64,000 bases of DNA from Octopus vulgaris (GCA_951406725.2 OX597814.1:74090001-74154000); one strand, 5' to 3'. Positions 27,670 through 41,854 are shown, numbered from the stretch's first letter. Program-made: numbers and translations. Notes: generated by a model not told the origin, from the sequence alone.

Positions 27670-29538
27670 AAAAATCATGAATTTTCGATGTTGATGAAAT
27701 TTGAACTATTGGTAATTGACACAAATCAAGAAGTATTTCCAAAGTTTCCGCTTCTTATGAGGATTCTAAGAACCCCTAATGGGAGCATTAACTCCCAAAT
27801 TTTAGTCATTTTCTATGATCCAAAACAAGGTCAAAAGTACTGAATAGATCTTTATGAAATTTGGAAATTATATTCTATGCATAAGGGCGGATGTAATGCA
27901 GTAAATGTTTGAAAGTGAGGGGGCATAAATGAGGTTATAACCCCCATGAAAATTCATACATTTTTGCTGTTGATTAAATTTTAACCATAGATATTAGACA
28001 AAAATGAAGTAATATTCCTAAAGTTTCAACCTCTTAGGAGGTTAGTAAGACCCCTTAATGGTGGTTTAATCCCCACAATTTAGGCATTTTTCCTAAGACG
28101 AATACAATTGTAGTCTAGGAAGCTGTAGAGTCACTCGAGGATACAAGATGAGAGTTATTTGTAATCCAATGGTACAACTGTGTAAGATTTTGCTTTGACA
28201 TATACTTAGATTGTGATTTTTGCAATGTGGTGCATAAATTGTCGAATAAAGGAGAAGCATATTTGCATATTTGCAAAGTGTTATTTTGAGTAAAGTCATT
28301 TGGTTGCACACCTTCTTTGAGTCTTTTTATTATCACTGGGTCAGAGATATACCCCAGATGGTAACATTGATTTCAAGGCCTTTCCAGATAAGTGATTGGT
28401 AATTCAAAGAGATTTATAGATTGCAAATTTATTCTGTTCAGTTACCTATCGGCATAGTGATCATTGGCAAACTCTAGAGGTGACACTTTCATTTCCCCTT
28501 AGCCCTCACGCCACACACTTGTTAATGCTTATTTGAGTTGGGTCACACCCTTCCAATTGTTATAGATCTGTAATGCATGTTACGGCTGCGCCGGTCACCT
28601 GTATGGTGAGGAATCCTACATTGGAGAGTGGTAACGACTAGGGTAGGGTGGCTGACTGTTTATTCTGATCATTCGTCTTTTGGTTTCCTGTAGCTTTGCT
28701 CCCTTTTACAAACCCAGTGAACGTTCATATATTTCCAATTTCAAAGAAATTTGAACAATAGATATGAGACACAAGTTAAAAAAGAGTCCCAACAATTCAA
28801 TTTCTCTGGTTGACTTTAATCTAATATATGATATCTGAGGAGATCGATTTTAAAACTCTTTAATCTAATATGTGCCTTAACTCCCACATTTTAGAGCTCC
28901 ATGTACTCCATGTGTTCCATTTTTCATGAGCAAAAACTTTTGAATAGGTTTTGTAAGCTTTGGATTTTGGAATCTAGGCATAAAGATGAGTAGTATGGGA
29001 TAAATATGTCATGATTAGAATTTTTGTTAGGGTGTGTAAAGAGGGAAAGAACCCCTATTAAAATTCTTAATCTCCAAATTTGATGAAATTCGAATCATAG
29101 GTATTCCTGTTCATTACAGAAAATATAAAAGAAAAGTCTTTTGGCTGAAACAGCTGTAAGTTATTTTCCCAATTTATATTCCTGTATGTTATATTCTAAT
29201 AATTACTGGTATATTTATATATTAATATATTTTATATGTAAAGCATATATTATACATGTATATATATTCTTGTAATTGTCATTTTAGTAAATAAATAAAT
29301 AAGTTGACATAATATAATGTCTAAAAGTTGATGAACCACCTATAGATCCCCTCCATTTTCTTATTGCTCTATAAATTAATGGTAAAATATCTCTTTACCT
29401 TCGCCCATTTAGTACACTCGGTAATGTATTTGCAATGCAAAAAAAACATCTTGTATTAATAATTGGGTATTCTACCAGTAGTATATTGGATAGATATTAT
29501 CCCTTACTTGGTTGGATTCACAACCTCTAACTTTCTTG

Positions 29539-29581
<43 letters not shown>

Positions 29582-29789
29582 TATACAAATGCATATATAT
29601 ATATATATATAATAATAAATATTAGGGAATAAATCCAAATTTACAGGGAAAAAATCCGATTTAGGATTAAATCCAATTTTATAGTAAAATATTATATAAT
29701 ATTAATTAGAGACAAAACCACTATTTTGCAAAACAAACAAGGAAAGACTTAATCAATACATAAAATTTTAATAAAAAGTAAAAAAACCG

Positions 29790-29832
29790 CCACTACAATT
29801 GTTTCATGTCTTGATCGACAATCTTCAGGTGG
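29790..29832 (-). ncRNA. Minimal type-I HHR
   Basis: CCAC-CUGAAGA-U-UGUC-GAUCAA-GACA-U-GAAA-CAAUUG-UA/GUGG. Confidence 0.85.
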
Positions 29833-31684
29833 ATTTCCGATCTAAAATATCAATATTTTAAAATATAAGTATAAAAAATAATAATTTTAAAATAATTAAA
29901 GTATCAATGAAAAAATATAAATATATAATCTATATATAACCTATATATAATCCATATATAATCAATATATAAACTAAAATAAACCTATCAACAATTAAAT
30001 ATAAAACAAAATAAAAATAAACTATATATACTCCCATACACATATAACTAATTATATATAACCATATCTAAATACATACACTAACTCACACACCTATATA
30101 TATATCCCTATACATACACATAAAAACGTCTAGGCAACGATAAATAAATAAAATAGCCAAATACTTCAACACAATACTTATTCATACTCCCTCACACACA
30201 CATACAACCCACATTCATAAACAATATACGTATACCCGCTCACACATACATATACAAACATACAGAACTCGATATATACACCAATATATTCACACCCACA
30301 TCTATACAGATAAATAAATTACGCAAATAATCCCCCCCCACACACACACACCAATTCACACATACATAAACACTCAAAAGCAAAATAAACAATTCTTTGC
30401 ACGTGGTGATCGAACGTTTTTTTTTTTAAATTATGAATGGAATAATATATAATCAACTTAAATATACAGAATCTACTACAAAACACCAATAAACCATCAT
30501 GATAAATGAAACCCACATACATATAATGATAAAACTCCCCTACTATACACAATTACACCTATATAGCAATCCCATATACACATTCACACACAAATATACA
30601 TACGTAAAACACACACACACAACATATACGTATACCCCCTCACATATACATATACATACTTACTAAACTCGATATATACAACAATATTTTCACGCCCACA
30701 CTCATACAGATAAATAAATTACACAACTAAAATACGCACAGACACACACATTCACACATACATAAACACTCAAAAGAAAAACAACATTACTACACATAAT
30801 ACGATATATAAAATACTTCATAAGTAACCAGAATATCAAAAGTAACAAGATTAACATAATGAGAAAAAATATACATACTTTCAAGTCAGTTTCAAATTAT
30901 GAAGTGAAATTAAACTCTAGCCGTTAAAAACGTCAAACAAAATTACGTTACCATAGGAACCCAACATATGTATAAAAAGTATTCCCGCTCTGGAAACGAA
31001 CATTATTTAAAATTATGAATGGAGAAATGGAATAAATGGAATTAAAAATTATATTCACGTCGTAAACGAACATTACTTAAAAATTATGAATGGAATAATG
31101 TAATAAAATAACAAACATCGTAAATAGGAGGGTGGGTGCGGTCTCGCGCGCATCAGTCGTGTATGTGTGCAGTTGCATACACGGGAGTGATGTGTGATCG
31201 ACTTGAATGTGCGGAGTTTGCTACGAATCGTTGGTGGACCATCGTGATGAATGGGGCCCATATACGTGTAGTGATGGGGCTCCCTTTGCCATGCACGATT
31301 GTACCTGTGTGGCAGTCTCCATGTGTACATTCGCGCACGGGTATACATGCGTGGGGCACACGCGCACGTGTACATGTAGAGATAAATCTAATTGTATATT
31401 AAATAATAATTGTGATATTAACGATGTAGTGTATAAATGTATAGTTACATTACATGATAATAACTTTAAGAATAATAATTACCCAAAAGCGGTTTATATA
31501 GGGTCTACTTTCTCAAAAATAAAATTAAGAATCGCACAACATATGAATTCTTTTAAAAATAAAAACTTAATCAACTCAACTGGACTTAGTAAGTACATTT
31601 GGAGTCTTAAATCACAAAATATTAATTATAGTTTAATTTTTTTTATACTTATATTTTAAAATATTGATATTTTAGATCGGAAAT

Positions 31685-31727
31685 CCACCTGAAGATTGTC
31701 GATCAAGACATGAAACAATTGTAGTGG
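31685..31727 (+). ncRNA. Minimal type-I HHR (identical inverted copy of 29790-29832)
   Basis: CCAC-CUGAAGA-UUGUCGAUCAAGACAU-GAAA-CAAUUG-UA/GUGG, with palindromic stem III ACAAUUGU. Confidence 0.85.
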
Positions 31728-31811
31728 CGGTTTTTTTACTTTTTATTAAAATTTTATGTATTGATTAAGTCTTTCCTTGTTTGTTTTGCAAAATAGTGGT
31801 TTTGTCTCTAA

Positions 31812-31874
<63 letters not shown>

Positions 31875-31889
31875 TATATACATATATGT

Positions 31890-33870
31890 ATATGGAAAAA
31901 AAGTCAAGATAGAAAATGCTAAAATAATTTTATAAAAAACATTTCAGTACCGGTTTCAATCATTGAGACTTCTTCAACTATAACAATTAAATAATTAAAT
32001 TTAGAAAAATTAAAAGAAACGTTTTTTTAAAAGAATATTTGTATAGTGTTCAAATACTAGTGGCATTTTCCTTGTTTCTGTCTCTCTCTGTCTCTCTTGT
32101 TTACTCTTGTGGGTTCGAGGTCCTTGTGAATTCTTGGTAGGGAAGAAGAAGAAAAAGAAGGAGGAGGAGGAGAAGGGGAAGAAGAAGAATAATTTGAAAC
32201 TGCCATGATAGTAGTATTTTGAGTGGTCAGTGGATGGTAGCAGTCCCTGGTCAATTCATGAAAATATTTCTTTAGAGTGCTTTGTTTGTAGAATTTGCGT
32301 AGGTGTTATTCTAAAAAGCATTAGTGATAAAGTTAGGAAGGAGAAGAGAGAAGAAGAAGAAGGAGGAGGAGAAGGGAGAATAAGAATGAATGTAGAAAGT
32401 AGTAAGGTGTTAAATGACTTAAAATTGGCATCTAATGGATTATAGCAGTGATTGACACTGTTTTTTAATGAATTCTTGGGAATCTCTTGAGTTTATCATT
32501 TCTAATATTTGCGTGTGTATTTGTGTTATTCTAAGGCCGAGTTGGATATGTCGTTTGTCGTAGACGCGTTCAGAAGGGGCCTGTATTTTGTAATAGAGTT
32601 TCTTTACTAATTCGTTGGCTCCATGTTGTATCGTCCCTGAATTGGTAGAGGGAAAAAATTCTGAAGCTTGGATTTTTGTTGTTGGCGCAAATGTCTGTGT
32701 GTTGGCTGAATGCTATTTTTCTGGTTTGGGGAATTTTTATCTGGGATCTGTGCAGGGCCATTCTTTTACGTAGACTATTTTTCGTTTGGGCTATGTATTG
32801 CTCTTTACATCCAGAGCAGGTTAGTGTGTATATTAGGTTCTCCGAAGCACATGTGAAGTTGCTTTTCACTGTGAAACGTTGTCCCTGTTTGAAGGAGAAC
32901 TCTGATCCCTCAATTAGATAAACGCATATCCCACAATTGTGTCTTCCACATTTTTTTACTGACGGCTTCTGTGTTGTTGAGCGTATTCGGGCTTGTGTTA
33001 GGAGACTTTTCATAGATTTGGGCTGGCTCTTGCTTTTTATGATGGTGTGTGTTTGGAGGATTAAGTTCATTCTGTGGTCCTTTTTTAGCAGGGATATGTT
33101 TTGGAGGATGGTGTCGAAGGCCTCATTGTTGAGAGGGTTGTGTGTAGAGATGTATGGTAAGGCTTTTGGTTGTAAATTTTTCATTAATTTGGGATGTCTG
33201 AGTTGAATGCATATGTCAATTAGTGAAGGTGGGTAGTTCCTGGTGATGAGTGTATCCTTTAGTTCATGTAGTCGTGTGTTTCTGGTGTTTGCATTAGAAA
33301 CTATAGTACATATCCTTTTTGCTAGGTTGAAGGGGATATTCATTCTGGTGTGTCTGGGGTAGCATGAATTGAATGGAAGATATTGCTTGGAATCCGTAGG
33401 CTTATAGTATATATCTGTTTCTATTACGTTATTAGATTTCTTAATGAGGATGTTGAGGAAGGGAGTTGTTGCTGGCTATATTCCATAGTGAATTGGATTC
33501 TCTAGCCAGAATTACGCCAACATACTCCCACATCGCATCAAAAATGAATTCGTGATAGAAGGACTAAAATTCACCCTGGAAAATAACTACTTCGCCTTCA
33601 AAGACAACTTCTACCGACAAAAATCGGGGACTGCGATGGGTACGCGTATAGTCCCCTCCTTTGCTAACCTAGTCATGGGATATATAGAAATCAGTCTTTA
33701 CCGTAAGTTTCTAGAAAGATACGGCAGCTCTTTCTCCCTCTACATAGAAAACAACTGGAAGAGATACCTAGATGACTGTTTCCTTCTTTGGCATGAAAAT
33801 ATAGAGCAGCTTAAAGAATTCCAAGCGCTTTTAAATGGATTTGACGTAAACATCCAATTCACATGCACAC
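31890..33870 (-). mobile_element. PLE family 3 with a 5' inversion (RT thumb + Cys linker + GIY-YIG on -, RT core on +)
   Basis: ORF 32570-33343(-): NIPFNLAKRICTIVS..CGRHNCGIC..NLIYTLTCSGCKEQYIAQT..H..H. ORF 33552-33878(+): YRQKSGTAMGTRIVPSFANLVMG..RYLDDCF..IQFT. Confidence 0.9.
31945..31980 (-). ncRNA. Minimal HHR, U3 variant (UUGAAGA)
   Basis: UAG-UUGAAGA-AGUC-UCAAU-GAUU-GAAA-CCGG-UA/CUG. Confidence 0.7.
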
Positions 33871-34758
33871 ACAACTAAGGTCCACGCTAACCTTTTCACT
33901 ATTCTTCAAAAGATCACATACATTCAACGTACCTCACCTCAAAAAATTTGCCTGCTATTTCTAGCACGCCCTGCTACCATGTAATTGTTATTTGCGATAA
34001 AGGATCCGAAATACCTGTTTCGTGGTAGCAGGGCATGCACGAAATAGCAGCCAAATCTTTCCTTTTCTGGGGAAAGGAAACGTTTACGCGTGATTTCGAT
34101 GTCACATTCGTTGAAAGCACACGAAATAACATGGAAAAGAAAAAAAACCCATGGAACAAAACTCCATTGCTGGGAAACTCAGAGATCCCAGGTGACTCAA
34201 CGGGTCACGGTCAGTCTAGTATACATATACAGAAGCAACAAGCACGTGTAAGACATGCCACCGAATAACCATGAGACCACAGGTCCAACTAACTTATAGT
34301 CTTCATCTACCTCACAACGGACTTAACGAACTGTGAATCCAACTATAATGTAAGACACTCGAATCTTTGATCTTCTCTTTTCCGATGTAAACATTGATCT
34401 TTCACTCTTCTTCTCTCTACCTCTGAATTCTTCGTTCTAATGATGTCTACTATCAACGAGGCAAGAATATAAATATATATTTTACTCACCATGGTAAGCA
34501 GAAACGACCATGAACAACTTCATTCTCACTGTCACCTTTATTTACTAATTAAATAATGGCTTACTAGCGCAAAAGACGCACTTCTGTTTGTTACTTTTCC
34601 TCCATTTTCTTCTCGTCTATATAAATTAAACTACGGTTGCCCGCTAAATTAACTGCTGCCGTATACCTTTTACCAAGGAATATACCTACTGAGGTAATTA
34701 CCAGAAGTGCCTTTAGATATATCTATCCCTTAGAGGATTTAAACACCTCTAACTTATA

Positions 34759-34814
<56 letters not shown>

Positions 34815-35327
34815 TGTATATATATTTAATATTTTGGACTAATGGGTATATGTTGATTAGTGTGTTGAAGTGTTGAGTAGAACACTGGCACAGTTTGGGT
34901 TACCTGGTGTCATCCGCAGTCGGGGTATATTTCTATTGAATCTATTTCAGGAACTCTGCAGTGTTAGTTGAAATAATGATAATTTATTAAGCAACGAGAT
35001 GATGGATTTGGCATTAATCTTTATTTTGTACAGCGGTCGTTTCAACACATCCCTTATGGGTGGGACTCCGTTCAACATGTGTTGCCTCCAAAGACACAGC
35101 TTTATGTATGAATGTACCTGATGAGTCCTAGACTGCAAAATGGATGCAACACAATATTTTGAACGGAGTCCTACCCTTAAAGGATAGGAGCAGGATGGGT
35201 TGGAACGAACGTTGTATAAATTAAAGCTTAATACCAAATTCATCTTCTGGTTACTTACTAAATTATCATTTTATATAAATGTATGTATGTATGTATGTAT
35301 GTATGTATGTATGTATGTAGGTAGGTA

Positions 35328-36943
35328 CAATTGCGGCCAAAATGTTCAGAACGGCATTGTTTTCGTCAGAAAAGTAGATATAATTTTTTATCAAAGTTGT
35401 TTTATATTCTATAATTTTCACAGACAATAAAAACAATATTAATTCTTATTGTCTGAGATTTTGGTGTAATTTGAGAGGATAATACAAAAGTTATGGATGA
35501 TTTAGTGATTTACTGCAAAACCCATGGCGGCCAAAATGATCAGAACGGTTGAAAAAATAACAAAATAATCAAAATTGACAGAGGATACTGGAATTATTTA
35601 ATTGTTAGTGTGAAGCCCTTTAGCTTCAATCACACTCTGACATCTTCCACTGCATGAGGAAATTAAATTTTCAGTTTCTTGCTGGGTGATCTTATTCCAT
35701 TCTTCCTGATTGCTCAGTTGTTTTAGGATTTCTGGCTTTCGAACGTTCTCCTAGAATATTCCACACATTTTCAATAGAATTGAGATCTGGGCTTTGAGCT
35801 AGTCAATCCATAACAATAACCTTTTCAGCCTTGAGGAAGTTCATGACCACCTTAGCCTTGTGACATGGGGCATTGTCCTGCATGAATATGGGTGGTCGCT
35901 TAGTTGAATTTCTCAACACAGGCAAGACATGATCTTTTACAAGTTGTTTATAAACTCCTGCATTTAACTTTCCATGTAATCGCACCAAAGGGCCCACACC
36001 ATCTCCAGATATCATTCCCCAAACTATGACACTTCCTCCACCGAATTTAACACTAGTCTTAAGGCATTTAGGCAACAATTTTTCACCTACTTTTCTACGA
36101 ACGTACCTTTTCCCATCTGAGCCAAATAGCATAGACTTAGATTCATCACTGAAATGCACCGTTTGCCATTTTTCTTGAGACCACAACACATGTTCGGTTG
36201 CAAAGGTAAGACGACACTTTTTATTCTTGGAGCTGATCAGTGGCTTCACTGCAGGTGCTCTTGCTTGTAGGTCATGTTCAACTAAACGACGAGACACAGT
36301 TTTTCGAGATAAAGTTTTCTTCAATACAATGCTCATTTTCCGAGAAACAGCAGCAGCAGTTTTAAATCTGTCCTTTTTAACCAACTTTACCATAGCACGA
36401 TCTTCTCTCTTGGTCGTTTTTCTTGGCCTACCTGTAGACTTTCTTGCTTCACACGAACCACAATCATCGTAGACCTTAAGAATACCGTGAACAACACTTT
36501 TTGACTTGTTAACAATCTTTTGCAATAGATCCAATACTTAAATTATCCTTCCTTCGAAGCTTAATAATCTGCTGACGAATTGGTAACGGAGTAAGTGGCA
36601 TTATATTAGCAAAGTACATTGCAAATATTCTTACTAATGTTTAGTAAACGAACTGTCACGTAAACAAATTCAAAACATTAGAGTTCGCCGGTTAAATATA
36701 CTAAAGCACGGAGTAAAAGCAACTGTTCTGATCATTTTGGCCGCCATGGGTTTTGCAGTAAATCCCTAAATCATCCATAACTTTTGTATTATCCTCTCAA
36801 ATTACACCAAAATCTCAGGCAATAACAAATAATATCGTATTTATTGTCTGTGAAAATTATAGAATATAAAACAACTTTGATAAAAAATTATATCTACTTT
36901 TCTGACGAAAACAATGCCGTTCTGAACATTTTGCCCGCAACTG
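35328..36943 (-). mobile_element. Full-length Tc1-family element with ~225-bp IR/DR termini; transposase pseudogene at about 35598-36601
   Basis: TA-CAATTGCGGCCAAAATG ... CATTTTGCCCGCAACTG-TA. Inner and outer direct repeats GCGGCCAAAATG.TCAGAACG. Motifs GRPRKT, FSDESK, VKFGGGSVIVWG, FMQDNAPCH and SPDLNSIENVW, with one N-terminal frameshift and a stop. Confidence 0.95.
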
Positions 36944-36994
36944 TATATACATTGGGTCTATGTATAAATATGTATATGTATACTTGGTATATAT

Positions 36995-37888
36995 ATTGGT
37001 TTCTTCAACTGTATGAGCTAAAAGTCGGAGGGGGACGGGATAGGCTGCCTGCATCAGTTTGCTATAAAAGCAGGTAGTAATTTTACCTTGAGCTTATTAT
37101 TAGTGCAAGTTTTGAAGAGTGCAGTTAGATTTTAACAGTTATGTTTTCAAAGCTTTAATGGAAGTAACAAAGGAGATATTCAGCATATTTTGCTTTACGA
37201 GTTCAATAAAGGCTACAACACAACGGAAAGTGCGAGAAATATTAATGCGGTATATAGGGATCGGACAATAAGCGTAAGCCATCATCAACGGTGGTTCCAG
37301 AAATGCGAGCCGGAAACTGCAGCCTAGATGACGAGCCTCATCCTAGAAGATCTGTAGGGCTCGACGAGGACGGCCTGAAAACCCTGGTGGAACAAAATCC
37401 CACCGTAACTGTAGAGGAAGTAGCAGAGAAGCTTGGATTTGGTCTTTCAACCAGTCAATCAAGTCAGCGTTAGGAAAAAAAATTACCATCTTTGGTTTCA
37501 AGACGAAAGGTATTCTTCCATGAGGTTAATACTCGGCCACATATGGCGAGAATGAAATTTCAAAGGCTGGAGCAGTTTGAATGGAAAATGATGCCCCACC
37601 ACCATATTCTCGGTCATTGCGCCATCAAATTATCATTTATTCCGCAGTCTTCAAAATTATGTGAACGGAAAAAGTATGAATTCTGTAGACGAAGTCAGAA
37701 CAGTACAGGACAAGTGTCACGGATAAGTGAATTTTGGAAGAGGAGCCTTGCAAGTCTATCAGATAGATGGAAGAGCATTGTAGAAAATGAAGGAGAGTAT
37801 ATTTTATATTAAAAAAGAACTGCGTTTATTTTAATTTTGAAAAATAAAAGAAGTATAAAAAAACTGCATTATTTATGGGATGACCCAA
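36995..37888 (+). mobile_element. Internally deleted mariner copy (family of 5932-7192)
   Basis: Colinear with the first copy and has an intact right TIR ..TTATTTATGGGATGACCCAA-TA. Confidence 0.9.
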
Positions 37889-37894
37889 TATATA

Positions 37895-38165
37895 CTTGAC
37901 GGATTCTGCCGTCGAAGACGACGTTTGCGTGGTCAGCTTCTGCAGAATGACTTGCACAAATGAATTTTTTTATAGTGACAAAAAATATGTGCTGTACATT
38001 AGCTTAGTCCTTTCATCAAATTGACGTTTCCTGGACAGTTGCACAGCGTACTGCACGTCAGGTGTTGGAGTGATCGCAGAACAACGTGAGATGAAGTGTT
38101 TTGCAATTGAAACCACGATCTTGCGATCGTGAATGCAACACTCTAACCACTAGGCCATGCATCCT
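37895..38165 (-). mobile_element. Diverged tRNA-derived SINE
   Basis: Minus head GCATGGCCTAGTGGTTAGAGTGTTG..GTGGTTTCAATT and body resembling 51262-51598. Confidence 0.6.
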
Positions 38166-38799
38166 CACTACACATACACACGCGCACACATACACACACA
38201 CACACACTCACTCACATTATTAAAAAACGTTTAAAAATTTTCGTACGAGTTATATAAAAAAAGGATCAAAATGCATAACAAAGTTCAAACATTTTTGTAA
38301 TTCTTTTAGATTGATTAAAAGACAACATATGTGTTTCATGTAGCTGTTTTTCGTATCTCTACATTACATTCCCCCCAGTTTCCACTCTGTGAGCTATTTA
38401 AGGAAAATGAGAAGTTTAGGCTTTTTTTTTATATGATACTGTTGAGTAGATACAATAATGAAAAGTAGGCAGATAAATAGAAAAAGGTGAAAGTGTTGTA
38501 GATGAATGAAGAATGAGGGTATTATATTCAAGGCAAGGTGTGCTTAGTAAATAACTTTGGTTCGAAACAAGTCATAAATAATTTAGTACTTACTGAGACT
38601 ATCTAATACAGCATAGAAAGAAAGGCATGCAGATAGTCAGAAAGATTTAAGAGTCTTAAATCACACATCTTTCATTTGTAAGTAGTGTATACGGTCATAC
38701 ACCAATCCATATATACACAAGTGAATAATATGTTGTATACATCAAGCAATCGAATAAGCATGCGTGTGCACATTTACGTGTATTTGAAATGCCTGTTGT

Positions 38800-41760
38800 T
38801 TATGGTTATGTTCTTTAAATCGTCATTCATAGAGATTATTTATCAAACGTTTAAGCATGATTATATTTCATATTAAATTGCGTTTGTTCTCCACTGTTGC
38901 TCTGTAGTTGAATCTGAGCATTTATAGACTGAAAAATGACTTAAAATTTGGCAGCTTTATTCCTACATATGTTGCTATAAGTCCACATAATAGAATTTCC
39001 AAGATGTTTTCAGTTTATGTACTGTCATTCTTCTGCATAGTGATAATCTACTCTGTTCAATATAGTTTTCCAAACTCAACAACATACTATTTCGTAAATC
39101 AAATTTTAGGAATTACAAGTAAATTTTGCTTTTTTTTAAAATCTTGTTTATCCTCAAATTTCAATTTCGCGTCTTCAGTTAAATATATGTATGTATCATA
39201 GTTTGGTCTTCTCCATTTAGAAACCATGGCATTGGAAAGTTATTTGGAAGCTTTTATCCTAATTCGTATATCTTTCAGTATCATAGGTTACCTTTTCCTT
39301 TTGATGAGTTGATGATTTTGCAGAATTAAAATTTTGTTTTTATCTTCAAGCAGAAGTCAAGTTGTTTTGAATATAGTTAAATGTTTTGGTATTTCTCGGA
39401 ATTTGATATTTTCAATATAGGCACAGGAGTGGCTACGTGGTAAGTAGCTTGCTTACCAACCACATGGTTTCGGGTTCAGTCCCACTGCGTGGCAAATTGG
39501 GCCAGTGTCTTCTACTATAGCATCGGACCGACCAAGGCCTTGTGAGTGGATTTGGTTGACGGAAACTGACAGAAGCCCGTCGTATATATATATATATATG
39601 TTTGTGTGTCTGTGTTTGTCCACCATCATCGCTTGACAACCTATGTTGGCGTGTTTACGTTCCCGTGACTTAGCGGTTCAGTAAAAGGGACCGATAGGGT
39701 AAGTACTACAAAGAATAAGTCCTAGGATCGATTTGTTCGACTAAAGGCGGTGCTCCAGCATGGCCGCAATCAAATGACTGAAACAAATAAAAAAATAAAA
39801 TAATAGTTAAATGTTTTGGTATATAGAACAAACATTTTCCAGGTTTTACTTTTTACTTTTCTAAGATCATGTAAATCTAGACATTTTGCCCTTTCTATTC
39901 TTTTTGTAATAAGATTAAGTGGAAACACTTTTTGAATTAGTATATTTTACAATTCTTCAGTGTTTGATTTCATTGTGCAAATTTATTTGCTAAGTTGAAC
40001 GGATTGTTTGCTTTTATATGATTAGGATGGCAGAATGTGAAGGAAGTTACTGTTTTGAATCACCGGGTGTGCAGGATATATCTGTTTCTATTCATCCACA
40101 TGTTTCATAATTAAAATGTCTACAATTGGCAGTTCTTTCTGGTTAAATTCCATCATTAACTGAATATTGTTTATATTATTTATTAGATTCTTAATTTTCA
40201 TAAACTGCTTTCCAGTTTTCTTTTAAAAAGGTGTAAAATGCGTGTCAAAATATTTAAGTAGATTTTCATAATTTCCTTTTCATGGTAACACACTATAAAA
40301 TTAGCATATGTGGGGGAAACTTTGGTTCCCATCGAAGTCCCTGATATTTGATGGTATATAAAGTCATCGTATATAAAATATTTTTTGTAATAGAATCGTA
40401 GACCATGAATGATAACAGTTTTTCAATGCAGTCTGGCAACTCCACATGGTAAGTTTCAAGTGAATATCACATTGATCCCATAGTCATGAGAAATATTAGT
40501 GTATAAATTAGCAACATCATAAGGAAACAATAACTGTACTTTGGTTTAATGTGCTTGGTAAGTGATTAAGTAAATCCAGATTATATCGAATAAAACCTTA
40601 AGAAAGGTTTTAATATAATATCCAAAGAAAAAAGTCGCGTAACTTGTGCTACAATATGCTGGGCCTGTTATTGGTTTTAATTTTAAATCATCTGGTGTGG
40701 GCATTTCGATATACTTGGATTTAGCAATTTTGCAAGCCTCGCTTATTGCTATATTTTTGTACATTTGAGGTAAACCATAGAAATTACTGCTTTTGCATTT
40801 GAAGTTGCGCACACAATCAAAGTTTTTAGATGTTAAGCAGTTGCGGTATTTATTCAACAAAACTAAAAGACTTCCTTAGACTTTTGATTGTATATAGCTT
40901 CTATTTTTTAATAATATTTATTTTCTAACATTTCCAGTGCAAGGTTTTTGAAATACTTTGTATTAATTATAACAACATTACCGTTATCGGTTTCTTTAAT
41001 TGTAATTTCAGTGTCTTTTTGTAGATCATTTAGATTCTGCCATTCTTGTTTTGACTCGATATTCCTATTTTCATATGAATGAGGAAATTCGTAATGTATC
41101 AAGGACTTTATGCTTTCCTTTTTTTTTCAGAATATATTTTTTGCTCGTGATTCATCATTACTCTTATCTTAAGAAAGAGCTCCAGGATGTCATTTCTCTT
41201 TTCAGGAAAAAGTGGATTTTTTTCCGCTATTTCTGGATTCGGTTCTAAAAATCAATTGTTGTTTTGCTCAGGTAGTCCTTGGTGCAATCTTTCCTGCGTA
41301 TAATTGTATCTTGAATTTCATGTCCACTAGCTGCATTCTTTTAAGAGTTCGGATGGTTTCTGTTATGCGATTTAGTTCGCTTGAGAAACTAATTGTTTGC
41401 GTTATTATATTTTGTAGGTGTCTTTTCAATTCCTATTGTTTCTTATCTACATAACTTTCTGTCGTTTGCTTGATGGCCTCACTAAGCATTAAAATATTTA
41501 AAAATTATCTGGAACCAAAGTTCTTAGCTAAACACTCCTTGCCAAGTAGTCGGATATCTTCATTCTTCATCCATTTGCAGCATTTTCCCCTCGCTATTTA
41601 TCTCTCTATTTGATTCACTTTACTGTATGGTCTCATTTGCTCAGCATAATGCTTAAAAACCTAAACTTATTTTCCTTGAATAGCTCCAGAGCGTAAACCG
41701 GTTGAAATTTAATGTAAACTTATTTAATATATCTAAATGAAATACATCTGTTATTTATCT
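38800..41760 (-). mobile_element. Old, heavily decayed near-full-length PLE
   Basis: Remnants ITIKETDNGNVVIIN, NFYGLPQMYK..DDLKLKPITGP, YDVANLYTNISH, QISGTSMGTKVSPTYAN, and a CHPNHIKANNPFNLA-like thumb. Confidence 0.7.
39418..39795 (+). mobile_element. SINE family 1 (full length), inserted in the PLE
   Basis: A/B boxes and shared body and tail. Confidence 0.9.
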
Positions 41761-41854
41761 TTTAATTTATCTAAAAGGGTTACGACTATTGTTATGTGTA
41801 TGTATGTATGTATGTATGTATGTATGTATGTATGTATGTATGTATACACACGCA

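Larger units (their letters stand above)
29610..31820. mobile_element. PLE family 4 remnant: minus-strand 3' UTR/pLTR plus an inverted GIY-YIG fragment and pLTR
   Basis: The (+) ORF piece CDINDVVYKCIV..AVYIGSTFSKIKLRIAQHMNSF..STGLSKYIWSLK is GIY-YIG. ~29695-29878 and ~31637-31820 are near-perfect inverted copies. Confidence 0.8.

Noticed and set aside
32570-33343. Selenoprotein-type (UGA/SECIS) PLE
   Set aside because: The Cys motifs are encoded by normal codons in this ORF and no SECIS could be supported.
35112-35165. CTGATGAGTCC..GGATGCAAC as a hammerhead
   Set aside because: The core and a possible stem II are present, but GAAA is altered and stems I and III cannot be formed. At best it is a relic.
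41670-41708. TTTC-CTTGAATA-GCTCCAGAGC-GTAAACCGGTTGAAA HHR-like sequence
   Set aside because: Several core deviations and no valid cleavage triplet, so it is too degenerate to call.
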